Notes under the pieces: model-generated | The model's database searches: none | Seen by the model: only the letters and a program-made list of their open reading frames with translations | Told to the model about the DNA's origin: nothing | Translations under genes and position numbers: made by a program | In this document: positions 19,253 through 29,722 of the stretch, one piece after another | Layout: each line of letters begins with the position of its first letter | Numbering within the stretch: position 1 is the stretch's first letter | NCBI GenBank assembly: GCA_018659375.1 | Contig: JABJMO010000002.1 | Span: forward strand, 76,373-140,372 | Length of the DNA: 64,000 nucleotides | From: Methanobacteriota archaeon | GTDB taxonomy: Archaea > Thermoplasmatota > Poseidoniia > Poseidoniales > Poseidoniaceae | Direction of reading: 5' to 3'

Positions 19253-20176
19253 TCACCTTAAGCCAGCTTTCTTCAACGAATCTAAAAGTACACTTCCTAG
19301 TTCAGAAGGATCCTTTGCACAAGCGATACCTGCAGCCTCAAAGGCCGCAAACTTTTCTTCTGCAGTACCCTTTCCACCAGAGATAATTGCTCCAGCATGC
19401 CCCATCCTTTTACCAGGAGGAGCAGTTGCACCAGCGACGAAACCGACAATGGGCTTAGTCATGTTTTCAGCAGCCCATGCAGCAGCTTCTTCTTCAGCGG
19501 TACCACCAATTTCTCCAATCATAACTATTGCTTCGGTTTGTTCATCTGCTTCAAAAGCAGCCAAGCATTCAATGAACCCAGTTCCGTTTACTGGATCCCC
19601 ACCAATTCCAATACAAGTAGACTGTCCTTCATCAATACTCATCGTTTGAGCAACCGCTTCATAAGTTAAGGTTCCTGATTTTGAAACAATTCCGATTCTG
19701 CCTTTTGCATGAATGTGGCCGGGCATGATTCCTATTTTTGCTCCGCCAGTATCTCCTGGAGTGATTATTCCTGGACAATTAGGACCAATCAGACGAACAC
19801 CGGGGCGATTGTAGACATAGGCGACTGCCTTTACCATGTCAAGGGTTGGAATACCCTCGGTTATACAAACGATTACACCTTCTCCCTTGACGTTGTCAAA
19901 AGCATCTGCGGCTTCCATGATAGCCTCCCCAGCAAATGGAGGAGGAACATAGATGACGGTAGCATCAGCATCTGTTTCAGTTATTGCTTCAGTCATTGAA
20001 TTCCATACCGGATAATTGCTTCCCTGTAATTCGACAGTTTGTCCGCCTTTTCCTGGGGTGCATCCACCGACAATATTAGTGCCATATTCAACCATTTTAT
20101 CCGCATGGAACATTCCTTGCTTTCCGGTTATTCCTTGAACCAAAACTTTAGCATCTTCTTCTATCCATATTGCCAT
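19253..20176 (-). CDS. sucD: succinyl-CoA synthetase alpha subunit
   Basis: [15 protein letters not shown] and the phosphohistidine loop [10 protein letters not shown]. The start overlaps the sucC stop (TAATG). Confidence 0.95.
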   Translation of the reverse strand: MAIWIEEDAKVLVQGITGKQGMFHADKMVEYGTNIVGGCTPGKGGQTVELQGSNYPVWNSMTEAITETDADATVIYVPPPFAGEAIMEAADAFDNVKGEGVIVCITEGIPTLDMVKAVAYVYNRPGVRLIGPNCPGIITPGDTGGAKIGIMPGHIHAKGRIGIVSKSGTLTYEAVAQTMSIDEGQSTCIGIGGDPVNGTGFIECLAAFEADEQTEAIVMIGEIGGTAEEEAAAWAAENMTKPIVGFVAGATAPPGKRMGHAGAIISGGKGTAEEKFAAFEAAGIACAKDPSELGSVLLDSLKKAGLR

Positions 20177-21387
20177 TACTGACCACCTCCACCGATAAGA
20201 GCGACTATTTTTTGTGCACCTTCTGCTAAATCATCCGCCGGATGAATATTAAGAGTAGATTTAGATAATATTTCCTTGCCTTCACCAACATTTGTGCCAG
20301 CGAGTCGAACCACTAGGGGTACCTCAAGTGACAGAGCTTCAGTTGCTGCAATAACACCTCGAGCAATGATGTCACAACGCATTATACCACCAAATATGTT
20401 GACTAAAATTCCTTTTACGTTGGGGTCTTCAAGGATAATAGAAAAAGCAGTCTTGACTTGCTCTTCATTTGCTCCTCCACCAACATCAAGGAAATTTGCC
20501 GGTTCACCACCATACAGTTTGATGACATCCATTGTGGCCATTGCCAATCCTGCACCATTTACTAAGCAACCAATATTACCATCAAGTTTCACATATGATA
20601 GGCCAGATTCTTTGGCACGAACTTCGACATCTTCCTCTTCGTTTAAGTCTCGTAATGAGTCCCAATCTTTATGTCTAAATTCAGCATTTTCATCAAATGA
20701 AACTTTTGCATCAAGAGCAACGATGTCATCACTCTTAGTCTTAACCAGTGGATTAATCTCGACCATAGTACAATCATTTGAAACAAACATTTGGTACATT
20801 CTTACCAACATCTTCATGAATGATTTCAAGGCTTTACCGCTCAGTCCAAGAGCAATCCCTAAATCTCTATTTTGAAAACCCATTAATCCCGAATTAGGGT
20901 CAATAGTGATTTTATGAATCAATTCTGGCGTTTCATGTGCAACATCTTCAATGTTCATACCACCTTCAGTTGAGGCCATTATCATGACAGCTTTGTTTTC
21001 TCTGTCAACCAATAGGGCAAGATAGAATTCGTGTTCGATGTCACACCCAGATTCGATGTACAAATTACTGACTAGTTTACCTTCATCTCCAGTTTGAATT
21101 GTTACGAGTATATTTCCAAGAATATTCTCAGAATATGATTTTACTTCATCTTTAGAGAAAGCGATTTTCACACCGCCGTCCATCACATGATCTCTTGTTT
21201 TGGGATTGTAAAGAGTTCCTTTTCCTCTGCCTCCAGCATGAATTTGTGACTTAACTGCAACCACTTTTGAATTTAGTAAGTCATACGCATCTAACGCTTC
21301 TTCAACAGTTTTGCAGTGTACTCCATCTAGAACAGGGACACCATTTGCCCTAAGCAATTCTTTTCCTTGATATTCATGGATATTCAT
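20176..21387 (-). CDS. sucC: succinyl-CoA synthetase beta subunit
   Basis: [13 protein letters not shown]-terminus, ATP-grasp GGRGKG. The start is taken at Met24 of the track ORF (ATG 21387). Confidence 0.95.
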   Translation of the reverse strand: MNIHEYQGKELLRANGVPVLDGVHCKTVEEALDAYDLLNSKVVAVKSQIHAGGRGKGTLYNPKTRDHVMDGGVKIAFSKDEVKSYSENILGNILVTIQTGDEGKLVSNLYIESGCDIEHEFYLALLVDRENKAVMIMASTEGGMNIEDVAHETPELIHKITIDPNSGLMGFQNRDLGIALGLSGKALKSFMKMLVRMYQMFVSNDCTMVEINPLVKTKSDDIVALDAKVSFDENAEFRHKDWDSLRDLNEEEDVEVRAKESGLSYVKLDGNIGCLVNGAGLAMATMDVIKLYGGEPANFLDVGGGANEEQVKTAFSIILEDPNVKGILVNIFGGIMRCDIIARGVIAATEALSLEVPLVVRLAGTNVGEGKEILSKSTLNIHPADDLAEGAQKIVALIGGGGQ

Positions 21388-21476
21388 GACTCTCTCCAAA
21401 TCTGTCCAATCGAAGACCGTCTTTGAATACTTTGCTTGAACTGAATATCTAAACACTGTGACAGTTAGGCTAAATT

Positions 21477-22151
21477 ATGTCCAACGACTTCTATTGGTTT
21501 GTCATTTTAGGATTGTGGTCGATCATAGTTGTATTTGGCATAAAACCATTTTATCACTACCTTAGAAAGCAGGGCTCAGAACACATGGTTGCGGTATATT
21601 ATAATCGAAAAGTTGCTCATATGCTGGCTGGTGGTGTGCCAATAATAGCCGCTCCAATGGTCTTTGAAAACCCATTTTGGGTTTTGGTTGGAGGGATATT
21701 GGGATGTTTAGGCTTAGCTTTAACCCATCTTACTGACCGACGATTGTGGTGGATGCAAACAGATCAAAATATGAATGATGCATCTTTCGCCTTGATGTTA
21801 GGAATTTCAGTTTATGCTATTTGGGAGTATAGTAACGAGCCTTGGTTAGCAATACTACCAGCACTCTACATGGCCTTTGGAGATGGAGTCACCGGAATTA
21901 TAAGAAATAAAATGTTCCAAAAAAGAACAAAAAGTGCTTGGGGAAATGTTGGAATGGCAATATTGTGCTTACCGTTGGGTTACTTCTTTGGACAGTTGGC
22001 AGAACCAGAAATTCCGTTGTGGGGGCTAATTTCAGGTGTTGTAGCGTCCTATGTAGAGAGATATGAATTTGGTTTCATAGATGATAATATTCTCATAGTG
22101 TTATTTTCAAGTCTAGTGTTAGTAATTGGTCTAAATATTGGGCCGATATAG
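21477..22151 (+). CDS. CTP-dependent polyprenol kinase family membrane protein (dolichol/phytol kinase-like)
   Basis: Polytopic membrane protein. NRKVAHMLAG, AFGDGVTGIIRNK....KSAWGN and VERYEFGFIDDNILI resemble the dolichol kinase / VTE5 family motifs. Confidence 0.55.
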   Translation: MSNDFYWFVILGLWSIIVVFGIKPFYHYLRKQGSEHMVAVYYNRKVAHMLAGGVPIIAAPMVFENPFWVLVGGILGCLGLALTHLTDRRLWWMQTDQNMNDASFALMLGISVYAIWEYSNEPWLAILPALYMAFGDGVTGIIRNKMFQKRTKSAWGNVGMAILCLPLGYFFGQLAEPEIPLWGLISGVVASYVERYEFGFIDDNILIVLFSSLVLVIGLNIGPI

Positions 22152-22191
22152 AATACAAGGTACTTTATTGAATGACTCTTGGTTTGGTAAC

Positions 22192-22734
22192 ATGACACTG
22201 AGTGTTGGAGATAGTTTGGTCGACTTTACCCTGAGAAATGCCAATATAGCCATCGGTGGGAATGAAGTTAGCGCGGTAGAATGTAATCAAGGAAACGGCT
22301 TAGTAGTAGCGTTCGAGTGTAATCATTGCCCATACGTTGTCGCCAGTGTTTTGAGGATGAATTCATTAGCCAAATACTGTCAACAAAATGATATTGGATT
22401 TGTTGGAATCAACTCGAACGATTCTTCAGTATACGAAACTGACTCATTTGAGCATATGGTCAAAAGGGCTGATAAAGGCATGCCATATCCGTATCTGCAC
22501 GATGAAAATCAATCAGTTGCTAGCAACTACGGCGCAAAAAGAACACCGGAGTTTTTCTTTTTCGACCAAAATAATTTATTGGTGTACAAAGGGCGAATGG
22601 ATGATTCACCAAAGAACCCAGCTGATGTTACATCAACTGATTTACTAGACGCAATCAATGCAGTATTAGCAGGCCATGCGCCTGAAGTAAAAGCCACAGA
22701 ATCTATCGGATGCTCGGTAAAATGGAAGGCATGA
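22192..22734 (+). CDS. thioredoxin-fold protein (AhpC/TSA-TlpA-like) with CxxC
   Basis: VVAFECNHCPYV redox motif in a thioredoxin-like context. ATG 22192 is preferred to the overlapping TTG 22138. Confidence 0.7.
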   Translation: MTLSVGDSLVDFTLRNANIAIGGNEVSAVECNQGNGLVVAFECNHCPYVVASVLRMNSLAKYCQQNDIGFVGINSNDSSVYETDSFEHMVKRADKGMPYPYLHDENQSVASNYGAKRTPEFFFFDQNNLLVYKGRMDDSPKNPADVTSTDLLDAINAVLAGHAPEVKATESIGCSVKWKA

Positions 22735-22738
22735 TTTG

Positions 22739-22852
22739 ATGAGTTGCCGAAGGCAGTGTGATTGGGACGACAATCAAGTTTGTCGCAGTTGTGGCATAGA
22801 CTACTCAACCCCAGATGAGAATAAGTCAGATAATGAATCAAAAGATGAGTAA
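22739..22852 (+). CDS. possible 37-aa zinc-ribbon micro-protein with acidic tail
   Basis: ATG 22739 lies about 10 nt after GGAAGG. Translation MSCRRQCDWDDNQVCRSCGIDYSTPDENKSDNESKDE (Cx3C...Cx2C). It fills the 126-nt gap and is too short for the ORF track. Confidence 0.35.
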   Translation: MSCRRQCDWDDNQVCRSCGIDYSTPDENKSDNESKDE

Positions 22853-22893
22853 CTAACGGATTGGTTCAAAGACTTAACCACGAACCGGTTAAC

Positions 22894-23892
22894 ATGCAAG
22901 TGGTTATCTTAGCCGGGGGCATCGGCTCAAGACTAAGTCCATGGACTAAATCGGTGCCTAAACCATTGCTACCTATGTTAGACAGAACTTTACTTGAACA
23001 AGTCATCCACACTATTCCTAATAATTTAATTGATGAGGTTATTGTTGCAGGTGGATACAAAGTCGATATGATAAAATCATATTTTGATTCTATTGAATCC
23101 GAATTTGAGGTTAATATTGTTAATGAAACAGAACCACTTGGCACAGGTGGTGCGCTTGGTAATTGCAAGGATAGTGTAAGTGGCACCTTTGCTTGTTTTA
23201 ATGGGGATATAATTTCATCACTAGATGTCGGAAAACTACTCGAATTACATAATAAAAATGGTGGCGTTGGCTCATTAGGTCTTTGGGAGGTTGAAGACCC
23301 AACGAGGTTTGGTATTGTTGGAGTTGATAGTTCAAATAAAATCACCCAATTTAAGGAAAAACCCGAACCAGAAGAGGTATTTTCGAATTTGATTAATGCC
23401 GGTTCATATATTTTTGAGGAGGACATCTTTGATTTTATGCCTCGGGGTCGTCATTCGTTAGAAAGAGATGTGTTCCCACAATTAACTGATACTAGAATGC
23501 TAAATGGAATGCAATTTGGTGGTTACTTTATTGATGCAGGGACAAGAGAATCATGGTGTGATGCGGTATCAAAATGTGTCGAGGAATCACGATTTAATAC
23601 GGGTTTAAAATCAACAAAGTCATGGTTTTCTTCACCGAAAGAAGCGACAAACGATAGTATTATTGAATCTTCAATGATCTCATCAGGTGTAGAAATTATG
23701 CAGTCATCAATAAGAGATTCAACCATCTTATCCAATAGCAAAATTGGCACATTAAGCCAGATATCGGGTAGTTTAATTGGTCGAAATAGCGTCATCGGGG
23801 AAAATAGTCGGTTGACAAATGTTATTGTTGGTCATGAGTCAGTAATTCCACCAGGTACTACCATAATGGATACTACTTGGGAAAACCAGTGA
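22894..23892 (+). CDS. sugar-1-phosphate nucleotidylyltransferase with C-terminal left-handed beta-helix repeats
   Basis: MQVVILAGGIGSRLSPWTKSVPKPLLPM signature. C-terminal hexapeptide-like I/V-G repeats. The sugar specificity cannot be determined from sequence. Confidence 0.85.
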   Translation: MQVVILAGGIGSRLSPWTKSVPKPLLPMLDRTLLEQVIHTIPNNLIDEVIVAGGYKVDMIKSYFDSIESEFEVNIVNETEPLGTGGALGNCKDSVSGTFACFNGDIISSLDVGKLLELHNKNGGVGSLGLWEVEDPTRFGIVGVDSSNKITQFKEKPEPEEVFSNLINAGSYIFEEDIFDFMPRGRHSLERDVFPQLTDTRMLNGMQFGGYFIDAGTRESWCDAVSKCVEESRFNTGLKSTKSWFSSPKEATNDSIIESSMISSGVEIMQSSIRDSTILSNSKIGTLSQISGSLIGRNSVIGENSRLTNVIVGHESVIPPGTTIMDTTWENQ

Positions 23893-23944
23893 ATAGCGCA
23901 ATATCAGTGGAAGAACTCAAATGCAATGTTAGCCTGCCAAACTC

Positions 23945-24604
23945 ATGGACAAACCATTGATAGTTGTTAATTTCAAGACATATCAAACCGCTAGTGGCGA
24001 ATCTGCTGAACAACTTGCTACAGTAATGGAGCAGGTTGCTAACCGAAATTACCGCATGATTGCAGTAGTGTCAGCATTTGACTTGTCTTTAATTTCCAAT
24101 AAAACTGATAATGTTGAGGTTTGGTCACAACATCTAGACCCAGTAGGAAAGGGCAGCCACACTGGTTGGTTAGAACCTGATTTGGCTATTTATCGTGGTG
24201 CAGTTGGAACAATAATTAATCATGCTGAGCACAAAGTTTCAATTGATCACGTCAGAGATTTGATGGCCATGTTACCTGAAAACTTCCCAATTTGTGCTTG
24301 TGCAGCAGATGTTGAGGAGGCAATTGCTTTGGCTCAATTAGGTCCAACTTTCATTGCTGTAGAGCCTCCCGAACTAATTGGTGGCGATATATCGGTAACC
24401 TCTGTAGACCCATCAATTGTTTCAGACACTGTTGCCGCAGTAAAATCCACTAATCCGAAGGTCAGAGTGCTTTGTGGTGCGGGTGTGAAGAATGGTGCAG
24501 ATGTCAAGAAGGCCATTGAACTAGGGGCAGAAGGTGTCCTACTCGCTAGTGGAGTAACCAAGGCGTCTGATGTAAGTTCTGTACTGAATGATTTGACTTC
24601 TTGA
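23945..24604 (+). CDS. tpiA: triosephosphate isomerase, short archaeal type
   Basis: 219 aa. VVNFKTY, INHAEH, AVEPPELIG and CGAGV blocks. Confidence 0.9.
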   Translation: MDKPLIVVNFKTYQTASGESAEQLATVMEQVANRNYRMIAVVSAFDLSLISNKTDNVEVWSQHLDPVGKGSHTGWLEPDLAIYRGAVGTIINHAEHKVSIDHVRDLMAMLPENFPICACAADVEEAIALAQLGPTFIAVEPPELIGGDISVTSVDPSIVSDTVAAVKSTNPKVRVLCGAGVKNGADVKKAIELGAEGVLLASGVTKASDVSSVLNDLTS

Positions 24605-24623
24605 GTCTTAAAGACTGAACAAA

Positions 24624-26381
24624 TCAGTCACAGCAAGACTTCTCTAAGGCATCTTGGGCGCAGAAGCAAGTCTTTGCTGGTATTATATCTGCACGGGAAC
24701 TTCGCTCATTGAACAGAGCAGTAACTTCTGCAAGTTCTTCTGAAGCATCACCACGGGCTTCCAAACATAGTTTGAGACCGAGTAATCCCCACATATTATC
24801 TTTCCATAATTTAATGTCAGCGCGGTAAACTTTCTCTGCTTCTTCAACATGACCTTGTTCGAATAGTAGTGCACCTAGGATGTGCCTAACTGGCTGCATT
24901 TGTCCCCATGGTTCGTTGTAAGCAAGGTTTAGTGACAGATCTACACCTCTACGTAGTTCATCAAATGCTGCTGTGAAATCAGCAGAATCACCATTAGCTT
25001 TTGCTAAGAATTGCCTTCTATATTCAATTTCAGCTTCTAATATTGCCGCATTGACGTTTAGAATAGATGGTCCTTCTGCAGGGTCTTGGTACATCAAATT
25101 GTTATGCATAACTCTGCCTGCAAGGGCTGGGTTTTCCAGTGCTTGACTGAACAACACTTGTTCTGCTTCTGCTTCAGGAACCATTCCTTTGGAGGCATAT
25201 GCTACACCACGAGCATAGTGTTGAGTGGCGATAGTTGCTGGGAATGCACCTTTGTCAGAATGCATTGGTTCAGCAAGAATCTCATCCCACTTGCCGAATC
25301 TAATCATAACATGCCAAGTCATAGTGACATATGATTCTAGGAAGATTGCACCCATTGGGATTATTCCAGCAAGCATGAAATTCACACCGTGATTTTCATC
25401 TCCAGCAGGCAAGGTTGCTGCGGCTTTTCGCGCATATTTCAAAGCGGTTTCATATTGTCCTTCAAACATTGCACACCAGACAATAAAGTGATGGTTGTGC
25501 ATACGATAAAACTTGTAAAACTGGGATTCATTACCGGTCAGTTCAACATATCTGTCATCGGCCTTAACAGCTGCAATATTACAATCCACTGCCTCTTTCC
25601 ATTGTCCCACCCATGCATCAATGTGTGAAGGCATGTGGACTAAGTGTCCTAGACCTGGCATTGTTGTACGTAGAACATCTGCAGCCGGTAGGGCTCTTTC
25701 TGGGAAAGGAGATAACTCAAGAGCGTGGCAATAAAGATGGCAAAGTGCAGTGTGAACCTTGGCTTCTTCACTACTCTCAAAGGCATCTTCCATTATTTTA
25801 ACCAACAACAGGGTATTGTCATCAGCCGGAGTTATTACTCCAGTGGTAGTATTTTTATCCCATAGTTGCCATGCTTTTAGGTTCATTAGACCCTCTACAT
25901 AGATAGCAGTTACATCTAAATCACCGCTGTACTTTTGATACAGAGGAGCCATTGCTTCAGCAAATGCAACATTCAGTTCAGGGCTGTTCCCCATATTAAG
26001 AACAGTCGGGTCCGCAGCATCTCGAGCTTCTGCTGAGTGACGAGTTGATAATGCTCTGATTAGATCTTGTTCTAATTCTGTACATTCACCCATTACCGAA
26101 AGTGCTTGTTGGATTGAATCATGTCCAGAGCCTAATCCTGGAGCCCAGTTATAGTTTGATGAAACACAGTAAGAAATTCCCCACCAAGCCATTGCACAAT
26201 CCGGTTCAAGTTCAGTACAGTTTGAGAAACAGGCGATTGCTTGTTCATGGTTGTAATTTAGCATGTGGCCCCATCCCTCAACAAACATTTTTCTAGTTTC
26301 ATCACTCTTACATGTTATTTTTTTGGCAAAGGCATAATTCGACGGACTTCCGAAGTCATAATCAGTTGGTGCTAACGACAT
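24624..26381 (-). CDS. TPR-like helical repeat protein
   Basis: Long helical-repeat sequence with W/Y/A-rich TPR-like periodicity. The start is taken at Met54 (ATG 26381), because the longer track ORF overlaps the next gene. Confidence 0.65.
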   Translation of the reverse strand: MSLAPTDYDFGSPSNYAFAKKITCKSDETRKMFVEGWGHMLNYNHEQAIACFSNCTELEPDCAMAWWGISYCVSSNYNWAPGLGSGHDSIQQALSVMGECTELEQDLIRALSTRHSAEARDAADPTVLNMGNSPELNVAFAEAMAPLYQKYSGDLDVTAIYVEGLMNLKAWQLWDKNTTTGVITPADDNTLLLVKIMEDAFESSEEAKVHTALCHLYCHALELSPFPERALPAADVLRTTMPGLGHLVHMPSHIDAWVGQWKEAVDCNIAAVKADDRYVELTGNESQFYKFYRMHNHHFIVWCAMFEGQYETALKYARKAAATLPAGDENHGVNFMLAGIIPMGAIFLESYVTMTWHVMIRFGKWDEILAEPMHSDKGAFPATIATQHYARGVAYASKGMVPEAEAEQVLFSQALENPALAGRVMHNNLMYQDPAEGPSILNVNAAILEAEIEYRRQFLAKANGDSADFTAAFDELRRGVDLSLNLAYNEPWGQMQPVRHILGALLFEQGHVEEAEKVYRADIKLWKDNMWGLLGLKLCLEARGDASEELAEVTALFNERSSRADIIPAKTCFCAQDALEKSCCD

Positions 26382-26478
26382 ATTAGAATCCAAAAAAACA
26401 AGAGTATTAAGTTCGACGGCTACATTTTGAATTCTTTTATAAACAAAGCATAAATTAGTAACATATTTTTCAGGAAAA

Positions 26479-27315
26479 CTAAACTTTTGGGCACGAGATT
26501 TTGTACGGACACCGGATACAATAATTGCTTGATTTGGCAAATGGTAATTTATTTGGGTTCATGGTTTTCACAAATTCATTTTGTAGTAAGTTCATATTGT
26601 GGGCATCCTTTTCTAGCAATTGTTTTGATTCTTGCAGCATTTTTTGACTCGGCATAATTGAATAATTCCTCCACTTGCCATTATTATAGAATAGCCCATG
26701 GATAGCAAACTTCTGTTCAATATTTGGCAAATATTGATTATATCTTGACCATAACAACATCGAACATAACTCTAAATCAACATATGGCTGGTTTTTTTCT
26801 GATTGAAAGTTTAGTCTAACTAAATGCCATTTTGACTTATACCGATAAACTATGTCTGGAGAGCAGTAGACCTCAATATGACCAAACATGACCGGTTTAA
26901 TCCGGTCGTGGAAACTCCATTCTTTGATAGTACCATTAACGATTTTAGTAATGATTGAATTACCTAATATTTTTTTAATTCGGATAAATGCATACAAAAT
27001 TAATTTATTCCTTTTCTTGTTGGTTATTTTCTCATAGGTTATACCAAAGGAAATCAATTGGCTAGTTAATTCAAATCTGATTCTAGATTGAATTAGTTTT
27101 TCACTCCAACTAACTCCTCTGTGTAAATCAGTTAATAATTCGAAAAATACGCTTCTTGAGGTACTTATCATCAAATCCCATGGTGAACTATACTTTTTTT
27201 TGTTGTTGATCCAAGTTTTATTGTTATTGTGAACATACTTTATAGCATATCTTCGAGCACAGTTAGTAAATATCTTTCTTCTTGTGATACTCCATCGTGT
27301 CGTAGCTTCAATCAT
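26479..27315 (-). CDS. PD-(D/E)XK (Cas4/RecB-like) nuclease-fold protein with 4-Cys Fe-S signature
   Basis: N-terminal ...FTNCARRYAIKY and C-terminal YCIRCPYKISCPK give the Cas4/AddB-type C...CxxCx5C pattern. Central ..SPDIVYR....HLVRLNF..EK and ELCSMLLW blocks. Very K/N/I-rich. Confidence 0.55.
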   Translation of the reverse strand: MIEATTRWSITRRKIFTNCARRYAIKYVHNNNKTWINNKKKYSSPWDLMISTSRSVFFELLTDLHRGVSWSEKLIQSRIRFELTSQLISFGITYEKITNKKRNKLILYAFIRIKKILGNSIITKIVNGTIKEWSFHDRIKPVMFGHIEVYCSPDIVYRYKSKWHLVRLNFQSEKNQPYVDLELCSMLLWSRYNQYLPNIEQKFAIHGLFYNNGKWRNYSIMPSQKMLQESKQLLEKDAHNMNLLQNEFVKTMNPNKLPFAKSSNYCIRCPYKISCPKV

Positions 27316-27352
27316 GTATTATGATATCTAAAGTCAACCAATGTCAAGGTTT

Positions 27353-29674
27353 TCATAACAGTCCGACGCTTATACTTGTTAAAATCGAGTTGATTGCTAC
27401 CCATATTGCCAATGGTAGAATACACCAGCCGACAAATTGAGTAAATGATTCAGCACCAAATCTGCCAAACAGTCTTGAAATTGGTCCACCAATAGCCGCA
27501 ATAATTCTAATTGATAAAATCGCTAATCCACCCATTAGAAGAATTAGTATTAATGATAAAAGTGATCGTAAAATCCCGGCAAAGCCACTGAGCATTGCTG
27601 CGCCAATTGCTTGAGGGAATAACGCAGGGAATGCAAGAATTCCAAACCAGCCAAACCAAATACCTAACAATACATCTCTTTCCATGTCTTCCAGAGGCCG
27701 CCAATCTTGGAAATGTTTAGGATATAGTTGATGAATAAATCCAGCTAATATTGTGGCTTCATACGGTTTACCGTTCTTAGCGGTGAAGAATGCCATTTCA
27801 ACAAACCAAAACATCATCAAGATGTCCATGTAAAACAACAATCCTGAACCAATAGGCAATATTGTGAGGATTAGTGTTGGTAAATTTACCAGTAAGATTC
27901 CAGCAGCCCCAGCACCAATAATCGAGGCCCATAATGAACCTGGAGGTACTGGTTCATCAGGTGGAGTCCATCCTTCTCTGGGTAGAGCTATGAAGAATAA
28001 GAATAATCCAGGGCCAACTAGCAGCGCAAAATATGGTGCAAGGTTTTGAGCTCCTCCCGATGGTATGGCGTCAATAGCTTCACTAATATCATCAGAATAA
28101 GCGACTGGTGATTTACTAAAAGTCACATGCATTGCTCTATCGATGACCAACACCGAGTCAGAAACACCGTTAGGTAAAGTCTCGGCAAATTGTCCATTCT
28201 GGTCCAACAAAATTGGCCATGTTGTGTTTAATTGAGTGCGCATTTGTATTAAGTCTGAGGTTAAAGGATTAGTTCCAGATATAATGTGTATGATTGCTAC
28301 ATCGTCGCCATAACTCTCTAAAGTCCGGTTGAATTGATTACTTTGTTCAATAAAATTTTCTGACGCAGGCAAACCAACACCGATTACCAAAGCATCCTTG
28401 CCATCAAATAGTTCATCAATTGTGTAAGAGTTTTCATTTTCATCATACAATTCAGCGTTAGAGATTCTGGTATTGTCGTAAATAGCAGCATCTGCTCCCA
28501 GATTATTCTGACTAAATGCAGTTGGAATAAATAATAACATCATTACCAAGAGCGCGCCTAAAATCGGTGCGGGAATTAAGAGTCCTTGATTAAATGCGTT
28601 ACCAACAAATAAAAGCAGTGCAAGCACCGTTGTGATGGTCAAAAATAGTTTAGCGTTAGCAAACCCATTATCTTCGTCTACAACTTCAAATCTGAGAATC
28701 CCCAACGCGTGACAATCACTGTTTAAGTCGCCATGAACTGTTTTTATACAAATTTGTAAGTTATATTCTCCGCTGTCAAGAGTTTCTTTGCCAGACCAAA
28801 CCAGAACGGATTTATTCTCAGTAATTTGTCTTTCAAGCATTGATTTTCCAGCAGAGTTCTCAATCATATCATCATTATCTAATGATATACGATCATATTT
28901 GCTGAGTGGTCCCCAAATTTCCCACTTAGTTTCTTTGATGTCTTCAGCCCCCCACGGAAGGATTGGATCTAATTCGATGTGTGGTATATTTGAATTATCA
29001 ACAACCATGTTCATTTCTGGCTGGTATAATTGGCCAACTATCAAAATACCGCCTGAATTTTGTGGTTCAGGGCCACCACCCCATTGAATCATAACACTAG
29101 ACCCTAAGCAGTTATGAACTCCTGAAAGAGTTAATTGAAAAGTATCTCCGGGGCTTGCAGTAATGTTAACATCATTTACCGGTCCAGAAAAATTCAAAGC
29201 AGATGAAGAACCGATTTCGTCGACAATTTCAGTTACGGATTCTTGGTAAATCTGTTGTCCTGCTAAAGATACTGTGTAGGATAAAGTGGTACTTGCATCT
29301 GAAATACCAAGACTCGTGCTTTGTTGTCTGACACATGTTTGTGGGCCGACGCTATCATCTAGATAGACTGAAAAGTATACACTCATCTTCACACTTTGAG
29401 TAAAACCGTGTTGTATTGGTTCACTTTGGATAGAAAATATGTCGCCGTTGAATAATGGGTCTAAACTAATTCCACCTTCTGTTTGGTCTGGTTTCTCTCT
29501 TTGAAGTATCGCTGTCTGTTCAGTGTCACCTTCGACAAATAAGTGCTCAACAGGATTAATTTCCCAGTCAATATATCCTGGTTGGTATGAATCATCTTTG
29601 GCTGAAACACCGTTAGAGCCAATAACTCCGACAAGTAAAATTAGCAATAAAATGCTAATGATACGCTTGCCCAT
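27353..29674 (-). CDS. large polytopic membrane protein with signal peptide and extracytoplasmic domains
   Basis: Signal peptide MGKRIISILLLILLVGVIGSNGVSA, a roughly 330-aa exported domain, TM helices, a second soluble domain and a multi-TM C-terminus. No family recognised. Confidence 0.6.
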   Translation of the reverse strand: MGKRIISILLLILLVGVIGSNGVSAKDDSYQPGYIDWEINPVEHLFVEGDTEQTAILQREKPDQTEGGISLDPLFNGDIFSIQSEPIQHGFTQSVKMSVYFSVYLDDSVGPQTCVRQQSTSLGISDASTTLSYTVSLAGQQIYQESVTEIVDEIGSSSALNFSGPVNDVNITASPGDTFQLTLSGVHNCLGSSVMIQWGGGPEPQNSGGILIVGQLYQPEMNMVVDNSNIPHIELDPILPWGAEDIKETKWEIWGPLSKYDRISLDNDDMIENSAGKSMLERQITENKSVLVWSGKETLDSGEYNLQICIKTVHGDLNSDCHALGILRFEVVDEDNGFANAKLFLTITTVLALLLFVGNAFNQGLLIPAPILGALLVMMLLFIPTAFSQNNLGADAAIYDNTRISNAELYDENENSYTIDELFDGKDALVIGVGLPASENFIEQSNQFNRTLESYGDDVAIIHIISGTNPLTSDLIQMRTQLNTTWPILLDQNGQFAETLPNGVSDSVLVIDRAMHVTFSKSPVAYSDDISEAIDAIPSGGAQNLAPYFALLVGPGLFLFFIALPREGWTPPDEPVPPGSLWASIIGAGAAGILLVNLPTLILTILPIGSGLLFYMDILMMFWFVEMAFFTAKNGKPYEATILAGFIHQLYPKHFQDWRPLEDMERDVLLGIWFGWFGILAFPALFPQAIGAAMLSGFAGILRSLLSLILILLMGGLAILSIRIIAAIGGPISRLFGRFGAESFTQFVGWCILPLAIWVAINSILTSISVGLL

Positions 29675-29722
29675 GAGTTAACCAAAGAGTATTAGTTGAA
29701 TAACTATCGGATTATTGATTAA

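Noticed and set aside
26479-27315. Taking the Cas4-like gene as evidence for a CRISPR-Cas locus
   Set aside because: No repeat-spacer array and no other cas genes occur anywhere in the 64 kb. Stand-alone Cas4-family nucleases are common.
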